Positions 26,179 to 38,997 of a DNA stretch of 64,000 nt are shown one piece after another. Each line of letters opens with the position of its first letter. Within the stretch, counting starts at the first letter, position 1. The position numbers and the translations under genes were made by a program. The stretch comes from Octopus vulgaris (lineage: Eukaryota): the NCBI GenBank assembly GCA_951406725.2, contig OX597819.1:80724001-80788000 (forward strand), written 5' to 3'. The notes under the pieces were generated by a model. It saw nothing but the letters and a program-made list of their open reading frames with translations. It was not told the origin of the DNA and searched no databases.

Positions 26179-27901
26179 GAAGAATAAAAATCGTATATCT
26201 CTATCAAAATTTAAGAAAACAAAGTAATTTATATAAAGCTTGCTGATAATCAGGAAGGCCAGTGCTAACAAAGGCTCAATATGGCTACTTTTGCTGAAAG
26301 ATAAATTTACCGTATTTAGTTGTATATGAAACTTTTTGGGAGACTTTTAACCATTATACACAAGAATTAAATGTTACTTATTTCCCTGTTTGAAATAGGT
26401 TGGATGACGTCACTGAAAGTCAGTTATATGTTTGGCCCAGCTAACTGAAGATTAAAAAGAGTTTGAATTATTATGATAAAGTTACATTTTTCTTTGATAC
26501 TGAAAATACATTAAACATGCCACTACGCATTTTGCCCGGCGTGCTAACAATTCACCACCTTATTCATACACACTAATATTACACATCCATCAGATCCATC
26601 AGAGCCGCTTACCTCATTTCTTCCCAGCATATCCTCTGCATTCAATGCCCATGTTTCACTACCACAAAACAATTCACTTGGTACACGCGCATCATATCAT
26701 GTCTCATGCTCAGAAGAGAACCCCTTTGTTGCTGTGTTAGAGAGTGGAGGCGCATGACTTAGTGGTTAGAGTGTTGGACTCATGATCGCAAAATTGTGGT
26801 TTCGTTTCCTGGACTGGGTAATGCTTAGTGTTTTTAAGCAAAGCACTTCATTTCACATTGCTCCAGTCCACTCAGCTGGCAAAAATGAGTAATCTTGCAA
26901 CGGGTGGGGAATATATACGGTATGACTCGAGAAAGTAACTTTTACCTTTATTTTTCTGTTAGAGAGGATGTTAAAACTGAAGTGTATCTCCACACTTTAT
27001 CAGTTTGTATTCAGGGCAACTGCCCTCCTAGGTGTTTAGCTTTTGCTGTAGCTTCTTCAACCAAATTTTGAAGCAGAGTTACTGCTCTGTTCATCATGTT
27101 GCCTTCGTTACAGCTTGCAGACTCCGTGTTTCCACCCTTATGCAAATCTCCCTTCCTCTTGTTGGTTGACAGAGCATCCAACACCCTAGCCAAGCCACCT
27201 TCTGCAGCTATGGAACTACATCTCTCTATAATGTTGCAGAAAATCTTTGCTGTGTGGAAGCAGGATAAGGGGATTTAAAGAAAATTGGGAGACTTGTTTG
27301 GAGTGTCTAAACTCCTAGAATGGTCACAATTCAGGTACTACTGTGGTGTTAAGTCTCTTTCCAGAAGTAGAGAGGCCAGAATATTTAGTTAACAGCTGGT
27401 TGGAACTGTTGTAGTTTTCCAGGAGTATACCTAAGAATGTTGGGCTGTAAAGGAGGCTGTCTCTATGGTGCTAGGCAGTGAGGTTAGCTAGCAAGATTAA
27501 CGAAGGGGCTTCATCGATTTCAGGATAGTTTGAGAAATGATGAATCATACAAGTTCAAGATAGGAGATCAGAATAACTATTCATGTGATTAAACATATCT
27601 GCACAGCATCCTACAGAGAATATGCATACAATTTCTTGTATTTGAGAAACCACCTTCATGACAATAATAGAGTAAATATTTTAGAAATATTGAATTTCTA
27701 AATGTCTCAAAGAGACATGAGCGGTGGTGGAGCGATAGAGTGGTTGTATACTGTCAACATAACGCGACAGTCCCGTAAGGGAATTACACCACCGCTGTTT
27801 AGCCCTAGGAAGCATCAACGCTTCCTGTCGGCTTTGACACATTTCCTGTGTCCTTATATTTGCGAAGGGGAGGCAAGCACCCCCACCAGCTAGGATTCAC
27901 A

Positions 27902-27947
27902 CCTGAAGACATGCATGTTTCTGGGTCTTACCCGTCATCAGTCCAGG
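27902..27947 (-). ncRNA. Type I hammerhead ribozyme motif in a ~270-bp repeat (~27716-27987)
   Basis: CCUGGA-CUGAUGA-CGGGU(AAG)ACCCA-GAA-ACAUGCAUGU-C-UUCAGG: 6-bp stem I, perfect 10-nt palindromic stem III, GUC site. The C.A at the base of stem II can be explained by one CpG deamination. Confidence 0.75.
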
Positions 27948-28236
27948 ATAGTGAGACCTGCTAGTTGAGATGCCTGTCTAGCCTTCGAAAATACAAATAT
28001 TTAAAGTAAATATTGATTTCTCACAAAGGCACAAGGTCAGAGAACTGACAGCTAATTATGTCTATATCAGTATTTGGTTAGTAGTTGTTTCTTTGACCCT
28101 GGAAGGTAAAGTTGTGCCAGGCGAGACTTGAATTCAGAATGTAAAGGGCCGCAACTAAACACCGCAAAGTATTTTGCCCGTTGCTCTAACGATTCTGCTA
28201 ATCCACCAACCCAAATAAAAATAAAATAAATATTAA

Positions 28237-28457
28237 TCCTTTAGTGTTTAAACTGGCCAAATCCGGCCCAATATATTCTACATGTTTTATATTCAAACTG
28301 GCGATATCTAGCTTCTCACACCTAACCTACAATTCCATTCTAAAAATAAACAATCACATCATTGAAACCTCAAAGCTGTAAGATAATCCAGGATTAATGC
28401 AAAACAATTTGAGTGAAAAAGTATTACATTTAACAGAGTAATCTGAACACTAAAGGG
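28237..28457. mobile_element. piggyBac-like MITE
   Basis: TTAA|TCCTTTAGTGTTT ... AACACTAAAGGG|TTAA. Confidence 0.75.
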
Positions 28458-28920
28458 TTAATGATATCATCGTGTAAATATTAATAAATTTGTAATCTAA
28501 CTATGAGGTTAATAATCCAATTGATTGTAATCATATTAGCAAGTCCTCACCGTTGTAGTGCATCTGTGCACTGTATATAATAAGTTCATCATTATACAAA
28601 TATTTAATCAAAATTTTGTCGAGTTACAGGGCATAAAGGATATAAATTTGTTATGTAGACAAAAATCCTGAGTTATCATCTGAAATTATGCGGGCAAGAC
28701 TTTGTATGAGGGGAGCTCAATATTTTCTGGTAAACTTTATTTACTAAAACACAATAAAGAAATATAATCACAAGGTTACACAAAATATTTTCTATCAACC
28801 CCAACAATGATAATGTTATATTTTGGGACGGTCATTTTTTGTTTTTTGCCATGTAAACACACGCACTATATATTTGTTCTTCCCTCGTTTATTACTGATC
28901 TTATCTTAAGTCATGTCCAT

Positions 28921-28965
28921 TGTCCGGAAATCTTTCGTCACACATCTCTGACCTCTTCAGTGACA
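28921..28965 (-). ncRNA. HHR-like motif with imperfect stem I (second, more decayed copy at ~52885-52928)
   Basis: UGUCA-CUGAAGA-G-GUCA(GAGAUGUG)UGAC-GAA-AGAUUU-C-CGGACA; core and stem II intact, stem I needs an internal loop. Confidence 0.4.
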
Positions 28966-29534
28966 CTTTCCGTCCTCGTGTGTGCTCCTGCTCCGCTTAG
29001 TCCATTATGTTCTTCTATGATATGTATCCTTATATGCGCATGTGTCTGCGCCTGTAGTAGTGCGTGTGTGCGGGTGGGGGTGTCGTACGCATGTCTATGT
29101 GTTTACTATGTGTGTATATATGGAGTTCTTTTAATTACCGTCTACCAAATCTACCCACAAGGCTTTGGTCGGCCCGAGGCTATAAAGACACTTGCCCAAG
29201 GTGCCACGCAGCGGGACTGAACCTGGAACCATGGGGTTGGGAAGCAAGCTTCTTACCATTCAGCCACGCCTCTGCCTATATGTGTGTGGGTATGTGTGTA
29301 CATATTTATGTTTGTGTTTGCCCTCCACTATTCCTCACCATAACTTGACAACCGATGCTGGTGTGTTTACATCGCCGTAACTTAGCCGTTCGGCAAAAGG
29401 AGACCGATAGGATAAGTACTAGGCATAGAAAGACTAAGTCCTGCGGTCGATTTGTTCAACTAAAATCCCTTAAATTGCTGCTCCCGCATGGCCGCAGTCA
29501 AATCATTGAAACAAGTAAAAAGAATAAATATATA

Positions 29535-29950
29535 GGCGCAGGAATGGCTGTGTGGTAAGTAGCTTGCCTACCAACCACATGGTTCCAGGTTCAGTCCCAC
29601 TGCGTGGCACCTTGGGCAACTGTCTTCTACTATAGCCTCGAGCCGACCAAAGCCTTGTGAGTGGATTTGGTAGACGGAAACTGAAAGAAGCCCGCCGTAT
29701 ATATGTATATATATATGTGTGTGTGTGTGTGTTTGTGTGTGTTTGTGTGTCTGTGTTTGTCCCCCCTCCCCCAAACATCGCTTGACAACCGATGCTGGTG
29801 TGTTTACGTCCACGTAACTTAGCGGTTCGGCAAAAGAGACTGATAGAATAAGTCCTAGGCTTACAAGGAATAAGTCCTGGGGTCGATTTGCTCGACTAAA
29901 GGCGGTGCTCCAGCATGGCCGCAGTCACATGACTGAAAAAAGTAAAAGAG
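29535..29950 (+). mobile_element. Family A CORE-type SINE, full length, CpG-rich
   Basis: GGCGCAGGAATGGCTGTGTGGTAAG head, GGTTCAGTCCC B-box-like motif, CACCTTGGGCAA core. A rearranged copy lies just upstream (29134-29525). Confidence 0.85.
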
Positions 29951-30027
29951 TAATAGATCATGATTACTTATACACTCTATATTTTGTATCACCTTTAATA
30001 CGGCAGTCATTCTCGCAAACGACTATT

Positions 30028-30032
30028 AAAAA
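30028..30032 (-). terminator. RNA polymerase III terminator (T5)
   Basis: TTTTT on the - strand, 8 nt downstream of the tRNA 3' end. Confidence 0.7.
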
Positions 30033-30040
30033 TAAGCGTA

Positions 30041-30113
30041 CGCCCACAGAGGGACTTGAACCCGCGACCCTCAGATTAAAAGTCTGATGCTCTACCGACT
30101 GAGCTATGCGGGC
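30041..30113 (-). tRNA. trnK-UUU: tRNA-Lys, anticodon UUU
   Basis: GCCCGCATAGCTCAGTCGGTAGAGCATCAGACTTTTAATCTGAGGGTCGCGGGTTCAAGTCCCTCTGTGGGCG: 73-nt cloverleaf closely matching metazoan tRNA-Lys(UUU); one C.U mismatch in the T stem. Confidence 0.92.
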
Positions 30114-31039
30114 GGACATACTATCAGATACAAATATATATATATATAGATAGATAATGATAACGACCACAGCGATGCACGTTAGGTGAATATTAGTACT
30201 TTTGTTTTAGTTTTAGTTTTAGTTTTGTATCATAAAACTTGATATTTTATAAAGAAATTAGAGCTCGACAAAATAGCCACCAGACTCCCTCAAACGGCGC
30301 ACTACTATCATTAAAAAAGGGCTCATTAGAATAATATTGTATACTGGTAGCGGCTACTAAGACAGGATACTTTACTACAGCTAGGCTTACAATTGATCAC
30401 AGATTTGTTCGATCAATGCTGATAGAAAAAAACAACGAATACCGGTGTCTATGGTTTTCGTAATGTCGTGAAAATCGGCTTTATTTTAAGAGATTAGAAA
30501 TATAAAACTTGATCCGAATATCTTTTTACAGAGTTTACAAGTATGTGAATTATTATAAAATTAATTAATAAAAAATAATTAAGAAAGCAATAATCATGGA
30601 AACTACAACATACAAATCAGATTTTATTTCAAGTCATGTTTTCTGCTCCGTATATATATATTTCTGTTTACACCGGAAGTAGAATTTCGGTGTCAACTGA
30701 AGTAGCTCAAATTATTTCTCCGATGATTCTTTTTTTGTTTTTTTTTTTTGGACATGAATTACATGGTTATTTATATTTGACCCCCAAACCACAAACTTCA
30801 TTTACAACGAAGGATGTAGTTGATTACATCTAACCCCTATTCCTTCACTAGTACTTTATTATCGACTCCGGAAAGATGAGAGACAAAGTTTGCCTCGGCA
30901 CTAATTTGAACTCAGAACATAGAGGATTTTAACTAAATACTGCTGGAATTTTGACCGATGCATTATCGATTCCGCTAATCCACTCCTTTAAAAACTGAAG
31001 GACCTTCCAAAGGGAGTGTGAAGTTGTTACAAAAAATGA

Positions 31040-31453
31040 GGATCTTTTCGGTTTGAACGGCAGTTTTTTTAAATAATTTCCACGTAACTAAACACTTTTA
31101 AACTTCGTATACTGATAGAATGTGTTTATAAAACATTTTTTTCTCTTGGCTTTATTGAGAAAATTCTATAGTTTTTAAGATATTTGTTGTTGTTTTTCTT
31201 CAATTTCTGCAATTTCAACCAATCAATGACGTCTATTGAGGTGAGAACATTGTGCCGTATGAATATGTCCCCCGTTTAAGAAACAGATTGGGTTTATTTA
31301 CATTTGTGAAGAAAAAAAGATACCCTTCCCCCCACCCCTAACCCTAACCCTAAAACAGATTGAAATGCAATAGATCGATACTAGGGTCATAATTATGGGT
31401 GACAATTTCATATGACACCGCTAGAAAAACTGCCATTCAAACCGAAAAGATCC
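31040..31453. mobile_element. Merlin-like non-autonomous DNA transposon containing (CCCTAA)3
   Basis: ~29-bp TIRs GGATCTTTTCGGTTTGAA(C/T)GGCAGTTTTT; perfect 8-bp TSD AAAAATGA (31032-31039 / 31454-31461). GG termini plus an 8-bp TSD fit Merlin. Confidence 0.75.
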
Positions 31454-31867
31454 AAAAATGATGATATTAGTTGGTTTGGGAAGTCAGAACGATATCAAGA
31501 GAATTTGGTATGTTGGTCAGTGATATGAGTGTGAGGATATTAAGTAGTGCATGCTGTGAAAGTAAAGAGAATTTCATTCATTGAATTCACTAAGAATAAC
31601 TTCCGTTATGATTTGGAAAATTTGGTGTTTTTTTGGCACCTTTATCAATATTCATTGTTTTTATCTCTCGAGGCATTTTTAAACGGTGTTCGGAGTAGGG
31701 AGAAGGAGTCACAATTTTAACGAGGCAAGAAAAGTCACATTTTATTTAAATATTGCAAGCAATCAAAGTTATGAAGCAAAAATATTTTGGATCAATTATT
31801 AAATAACAATGCATGACTTGTACACAATTTACATATGATAGTATTACACAATGTGATGAAAAAAGTA

Positions 31868-32370
31868 CCGTAAATCCTCGAGTATAATACGCAGGGGATT
31901 TTGGCGGGGGAGGGGCTGTACCTCTGAAAAACCTAAACCTTGTGTATAATACGCGCACCCCTTCTCTAACTTGAGTCAAGGAGGTCTATATAATATCCTT
32001 GGTTTGTAAGAATGTATACGGCAACGTCCTTTATTATTGTTGTATATATAACATAATGCAAACGTGTGGCTTTTTTGTGCATTTTGTTTGCAGAAAATAA
32101 AGAAATAACAGTAATAAAGTTTAATAAATGTTGCTTACTGCAAGTTATGGATGATTCTTTTATGACTTCATTGCTTTCAGGCTTAGCTTAAGGTATTTTC
32201 GCGCCCGACATCACAAAATGCGTCTGAATAAACATTGCCAGACAGCAAATAGAGACTTGGACATTGCTTAGAAAATAATTTTCATTTTAAACCTCGTATA
32301 TAGTACACACTAGGGATTTTGACCGTTAAATTTTGGGGAAAAAATGCGGATTATACTCGAAGATTTACGG
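31868..32370 (-). mobile_element. Tc2/pogo-like MITE (CCGTAAATCCTCGAGTATAA TIR)
   Basis: Both TIRs and the TA duplication are present. Confidence 0.85.
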
Positions 32371-33174
32371 TAACTTTTATTGAATTTCTTCAGCAAAATA
32401 AGATAATGAAACAAAAATTAAATCATTCATTTATTCTTTTCTACTTTAGACACAAGGCCTGAAATTTTGGGGGTGGGGGACAGTCGATTAGATTGACCCC
32501 AGTACGCAACGTAACACATGCAGATTGGAATCACTTTATATTGCATCGTGACATTACATGCATAATCAGTATTTTTAACATTGAGGACCAAGACGCATAT
32601 TCCAGCCAACATCGCGAAGAAAATCTGCCTGTCTTTTAGTTCTGTCGAGCAACAACTCAAGTTATGAAGGCGTTCTTATAACTTCGCATAGGGTAAAAAT
32701 TCTATGTTTTTGGGGGTTTTTTAAATTCTTTTTAACAACCTCTAGTAATGGTGAGATGGAGCGTAATGTAGGGACACTGCTATCTTAAAGTAGCCATGAA
32801 TGAAGGTGTGCTGTTCATTGTAAGGATATATCTGAACAAATTGTTATCTACACTCAACAATTTTAATTATCTGCTGAGTGTAAACGCTATAGATTTTGCT
32901 TGGTCATTTAAGACGAGATGACTTAGTTGTTTGTGGCGAAATGAATCTTAGCCATTCCATCTCGTTGCTTGACATTTTTCCAAACAAATTAGTTCGTCAT
33001 CTGTCGCCACGCTGTTAATAAAAATATTTGTTAATCACGGATGTACCTTCATAAATTGTTCAAAGTGAAAGTCTTTCTTTTTTAAGTCTGTATTGCGTAG
33101 CATGAAATCGCTGCAAATCTTTTTTCTGTTTAACGTGTATTTAGTTTCACCAATTAAAATTTGATTTGTATCTT

Positions 33175-33812
33175 TCATCTTTTACTTGTTTCAGTCATTA
33201 GACTGCGGTCATGCAGAGGGCACCCCTTGAATTTTTAGTCGAATGAATCGACCCAAGCACTTATTTTTAAGTCTTATTCTATCTGACTCTTTTGCCGAAC
33301 TGTTAAGTTATGGGGACGTAAATACACCAGCACCAGTTGTCAAGCGGTGATGGGGGGACAAAACACATAGATATACACACACACTATATATATATACGAC
33401 GGACTTCTTTCAGTTTCCGTCTACCAGATCCACTCACAAGGCTTTAGTCGGCCCGATGCTACAGTAGTAGACACTTGCCCAAGGTGTCACGTAGTAGGAC
33501 TGGACCTGGAAACATGCATGGAACCTTGGGCAAGTGTTTTCTACTATAGCCTGTGAGTGGATTTGGTAGACGGAAACTGAAAGGCCGTCGTATACATATA
33601 TATGTATGTTTGTGTGTCTGTGTTTGTCCCCCCACCCAAACATCGCTTGACAACCGATGCTGGTGTGTTTACACTCCCTAACTTAGCGGTTCGGCAAAAG
33701 AGACCGATAGAATAAGTATTAAGCTTACAAAGAATAGGTCCTGGGGTCGATTTGCTCGATTAAAGGTGGTGCTCCAGCATGGCCGCAATCAAATGACTGA
33801 AACAATTAAAAG
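33175..33812. mobile_element. Head-to-head inverted pair of family A SINEs
   Basis: 33175-33515 (-) directly abuts 33522-33812 (+); both heads are truncated at the junction. Confidence 0.8.
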
Positions 33813-34228
33813 AATGAAGAAACTACATTATGTACAACATTAATGATAATTCTAATATGAAACCGAACATGACTATAAAACCCATTAATAAATGTATAAA
33901 TACTAAACGACCGATGACTAAAATTAACAATTTATATAAAGTAAATTACTTGCACTGGTTTATGGCTTGTGACTAATAGAATGGGGTATCGCGTGGCTTA
34001 CAGACTTTTCTGAAAACGATTATCAATGACAAGTATATTATTATAAACGTATTTAGAAACTGGGTCACGGACTCGAGTTCTCCTTGAGATTTCTTTTCCT
34101 TCATTCTGTGTCTGTCTAAAAGAATCTGCGTCATCAGCCGACGCCCTATAAGCAATACGAAAGAAAAAAATCTATATCATGACTATGGAAAATTTCCCAA
34201 TTGTACCTTCTGCAAGAGCATGTAGTTA

Positions 34229-35270
34229 CGAGCGTCGGCTGAAAAGTTCATAGGCTGACCAACGTACACTCATGGAGAGTATTCTTTAACATAGTCCCCC
34301 TTGCGGTTCACTCATTTCTGCCATCAGTGTTACAGTCCTTGAATCTCATTGGTGAAGAAGTTTTCAACTTGATGGTCAAAAAATTCATCTACAGCAGATA
34401 TGACGTCATCATCATTGCGATACCGGTTCTCAACCAAGTGTCATTTCATGTTGAGGAACACATGATAGTCAGATAGGGCGAAATCAGGAGAATAGGGAGG
34501 CTAATCAACCATTTCAAAGCCACAGTCACGCACAGTAACCCTTAAAACAAAGGACTTGTGTGTTGGACTACTGTCCTGATAAAACAATACCCACTTCGTC
34601 AATTTTCCTACGAGTTTGGTTTTGATGGCCTTTCGCAAATGCCTTAGCGAATTAGCATAGTACTCTCCATTGATGGTGTGGCCCTTTTGAAGATACTTAA
34701 TAGACACAATGCTTTTTATATCTCCCAGAACTGGGATCGTCACCTTCCCTGCAGATGAAACTACCTTGGCCTTTTTGGAGCAGATGAGGTAGGTTGTTTC
34801 CACGGCATGGATTGTCTCTGGATCAAAGTGATGAGCCCAACACTCATAATGGGTCAGGAGACATTTAAGAAAACCAACTCGATCTGCCTAAAACAATGTT
34901 CGATTTTCCCATGATGTTATCAGCTTGGTGCACTTTTGATCAGGTGTCAGAAGACGTTGCACCCACGAGCAGAAACTTTCCTTATGCCAAGTTCATTGTG
35001 CAGATTATTCTAACACTATCAGGGATATATCAACAGTATTGTCTAGATGATTTATAGTTAATTTCCTGTCATCCATCACTATGTGATGAACACAGTCAAT
35101 TAATCTCGTTGGTGGTAGTTGCAGGCCTTGGGTCATCTTCAAGACTCTCCCTTCCCCACCTAAATTCAGCCGCCCACTTTTGCACTGTTGATAAAACTGG
35201 AGTATCGTCCCCTGATGTAGCAATTATGTCAGCATGGATGTTCTTGGGGGTTAAAGCCTTTCTCTGCATG
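34229..35270 (-). mobile_element. Decayed mariner (DD34D) transposon
   Basis: TA|CGAG..CTGAAAAGTTC end; transposase fragments SAGKV..YLQKGHTINGEYYANSLRHLRKAIK..VLFYQDSSPTHKS. Confidence 0.85.
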
Positions 35271-36823
35271 TCGCATAAAAGACTCGCCTGAGACGCACGC
35301 TTCTTCGCCTGTCCCCTTCCAACTACGCTACAAGACAGAATCCAGTATCAGTCACCCTTTCTGAGTATATCTTTAGCATTTCTGTTTTCTAGTTGTTATC
35401 TTCGACAATGAAAATGAAGCTTATATCCTATGCATATTTTATTACGGTTAATCATACCTTGTAATAACAGTTAAACTGATTTATCGACAAGTAGAGAATG
35501 TGGACAAAATCATTTTAATTGTTATCATGATTAATCCGTTTTGTTTTTGTGTTTCCTTTTTTTTATTTTGGTCAAATTTGCAGGTCCTTTACATAATCTT
35601 AAACAAGGAATTGAACTCTATTTTCTTGTAAAACCTGAATGACTAGTTAAAACACAGTTATGTCTAACAGTCTGTCATAATACTAGCAATTCTGAGGGGA
35701 AGGTGGTATTCAATACTATCGATTTCAGTATTTGACTGGTATTTCATTTAATCGACCCTGGAGGGTTGAAAAGCAAAATTGACCTCAGCAGGATTTGCAC
35801 TCAAAAAGTTAAAAGTCACAACAAATCCTGCAAAGCAGTCCTATCGATGGGCTGTCTTCAAATAATTGTTTCTGAAGGCCAGCAGTTTTGCAAGGAAGGG
35901 ATTAGGCGATATCATGACTAAAATATTTTACTGATACTCTGTTTTATCAACCCAAGAGGAATGAAAGCAAAGTTGTTCCGTAAAGGATTTGAACTCAGTG
36001 CGTAAAGAGTCGGAAGGAATTTTCACATTGTTTTTTTTTTTTTTAACTTTCTAATAATTCTGTAGGCTCGCCACCTTTACTAATTCAAGCATAATTATTA
36101 CATTTTAATACTCACGTGACCGACCAGATTATCAAATGTTGTTCCTCAATGCGCCTTGCATCGTTTTAACCTTCGAAGACGTACTCCGCTGGCTATGCGA
36201 GCAAGCCAATATTCCCCGCTGATCGAAAGGAAAACTGGAGCAACGTTCAATGAAGTGTTTTGCTCAAGAACACAAAGCGCAGCCCTGTCTGGGAATCGAA
36301 CCCACGATCTAGCGATCGCAAAAACAACGCCCTGACCACCCCAACGCGCCTTCACTACATTTTAATGTCTCACAATATTTAGCAGCGAACTAGCACGATC
36401 GTTAGCATGCCAGGCAATATGCTTAACAGAATTTCGTCCGTCTTTACGAACTGGTTTCAAATTCCGCCGAGGTCGACTTTGTCTGTCACACTTTCGGATT
36501 CTATAAATCAAGTACCAGCTGGGGCTCTGGAATTGAGGTAATCGACTAGTCCTACCCAAAATTGCTGTTTTTTTGCCAAAATTTGAAACCAACATATCTC
36601 GCAATTGTTAGGCGGCGAGCTTGCAGAAGAGTAAGCACGCCGGACAAAATACTTACCAGCATTTTATTCGTCTTCACGTTCTGTGTTCAAACTCCGTCGA
36701 GGTCGACTGTGTCTTTCATTCATTTGGGGTCAATAACATAAGTGCCAGTTGATCACTGGAATCAGTGTAATCGACTAGTCCTTCTCCAAAATTGCTAGCC
36801 CTATACTAAAAATTAAAAAATAA

Positions 36824-38997
36824 TACTAGGCAGCAAAGTTCAGCATTTTTTATGTTGTTATAGACGCGTAAATTATCGATTCCTACCAAATTTCTAATGC
36901 TATTTTCAGATCTGATATCTAAATTTCTCTATCACGTCCAGATTTTGTTAACTGAAAATGTATACTTTTCATTTTTCCCCCGCACCTGCCTCTATTACTT
37001 TACTGTGTCATGTTTTATGTTAATCGTACTTGAATAACTAGTGAACAGAGATGAAGGTTTTTCACTGCCGTTGTGCAGTAATACAGCTTTAAGCCTAGCT
37101 TTACTAGAGTCAATGAACAGTCTCCATTCTTCTGGGTCATAGTGAAAGCCAATTCTTTCTATCAGGCTACTGATATCGTGGCAGAAACAGAACATTTTTT
37201 CCTATGAAAGTAAAATGATGAAAATTGCAAATGGCGATGGTAGAAATGAGGAAACTTCGGTGTTTCGCTGGAGAAAATTCCATTTTTGAAGTCTGGAACC
37301 AAGCAGCTCTTGTCTTTTCTTTCGGTAATTCCAAATCGCGCAATAAGTAATTTAACTCTGCTTTACTTAACAAATCTTGGGAACTAATTGTATCTGCAAC
37401 ATATACGCCATCATGCCCTATTTCTATATCATTAGCAGAATTTTCAGATGAACTGCTGTCTGTTGTTGCTGGTGGAGGACTTGTTTCATCGTCATTTCTT
37501 TATTAGGCATAAAGCCCTAAACACAGACACGGACATCACATGGACAGACAGTGGGGACAAAAACCATAAAATGAATGTAAATGAGATGAAATTATATAAA
37601 AAATGAAAATGGTCGAATGAGCCTCACTCCCATGCAGTACCATTTGAACCGTTATATACATTATCTACAATTGTTCTTTGTTTTTTTTCTTTTTCACCAT
37701 TATTTTTCCTAAAGATAATATAAAACAATTTTACTCTTTGCCTACAATTAAACATACTTATTTTTCTTTTTAATAATACTTCATCAGTGGTTCAATGTCT
37801 CTTAGATCCACCACTAGTGGCAACTCTTCGAATTCCACCCTCACTCCTGGTGGGTCAACACTATCTCCACACATCTCCTTCAGCTTCCTGTAGTTATCCT
37901 TTTCAATCACTGATGCCTTCATATCCTCTGCATATATCTATGATGGCACCTTCACTCTTACTATTTGTTTACATCACATAATACCTAGTTCTTTATTCAA
38001 CATAATACCATACTCCATTTCCTCCTCGTATTTTCGTTCCCTTATCTTGGACTCTTTGTTCTCTCTTTTCTTCTTCCACTCTAAATAGTCTCACCTTCGT
38101 ACAGTTGTAGACTTGTTTCATCGTATCGTACTAGTGTTTATTGCGGATTCGTAGTTTATGTACATGATTTTTTTTGTGTGTTTTTCTATGTAAAACCAGG
38201 AATCTTTGTCAAACAAAAATAGCAAACATTGAAGTGATTTATTTATTTTTTTTCTTCGGTTCATCTAAACCATGGAGGCTGAGAATGGCATAGCTTTTCT
38301 TTTACCATTCATCCAAGCTATTAACATAGCATTGCACTGTGCACCTCAAGTATGTGGTGTCTAGTCCCTTTCTTGCTCTCCTAACTTAGTCAAAATAATA
38401 CTTGCAGGCAAGTTTAATCTTTGCCGTTATGTTTCTACGTTGTCGCTTAGGTGTATAATGTCCACAGATATAGCAGAAATTGTCTGTGATTTATACAAGC
38501 ACGTCTATTTGATTGCATTTTAATCACCATACAATATCTGAAAGAAAAAAAGAACCCTAGAAAGTAATAATTACGATGTACAAAACAAATGCTATAGAAA
38601 TACACAAGTTACCACAGCCTGTTACTTGCTTACCACAGGAGAGAGCTTCAACAGCCGCTTTACTTGACTGTCACATAACGAGTGACCGTTGGGCCGTTAC
38701 TATGCTCTTTACTCAATGTTGACAACTCAAAATTTTATAGATCAAAATCGTTAGAATTTATATATAGTTGGCAAACAAAAATTGCTTTAACCATGAAACA
38801 TATGTGTCATATTACTAGCATTACGCCGATTAAAACCAATATCTGGACCTGGTAGGAAATTTTACCAAGGAATTTGCATTTTACACAAAATCTAGACGTG
38901 ATAGAAAAAAAAATTAATTACAGATTTGAAATCGGCATACCAACGTTAGCTAGGAATAGCTACTTAGTTTTCTTACTGAAAGTATTGTTTGCCTAGA
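36824..38997 (-). mobile_element. Chapaev3-like (CMC) transposon remnant
   Basis: Inverted (A)CTAGGCA(G/A)CA ends; N-terminal DNFCYICGHYTPKRQRRNIT near 38400-38490; LSKAELNYLLRDLELPKEK and YDPEEWRLFIDSSKARLKAVLLHNG motifs. Superfamily assigned from recalled motifs. Confidence 0.7.

Noticed and set aside
29964-30170. ORF containing ARIAQSVEHQTFNLRVAGSSP
   Set aside because: It is the translation of the tRNA-Lys gene.
30671-30680. ETS-like CCGGAAGT motif
   Set aside because: Single short motif with no associated exon; expected by chance.
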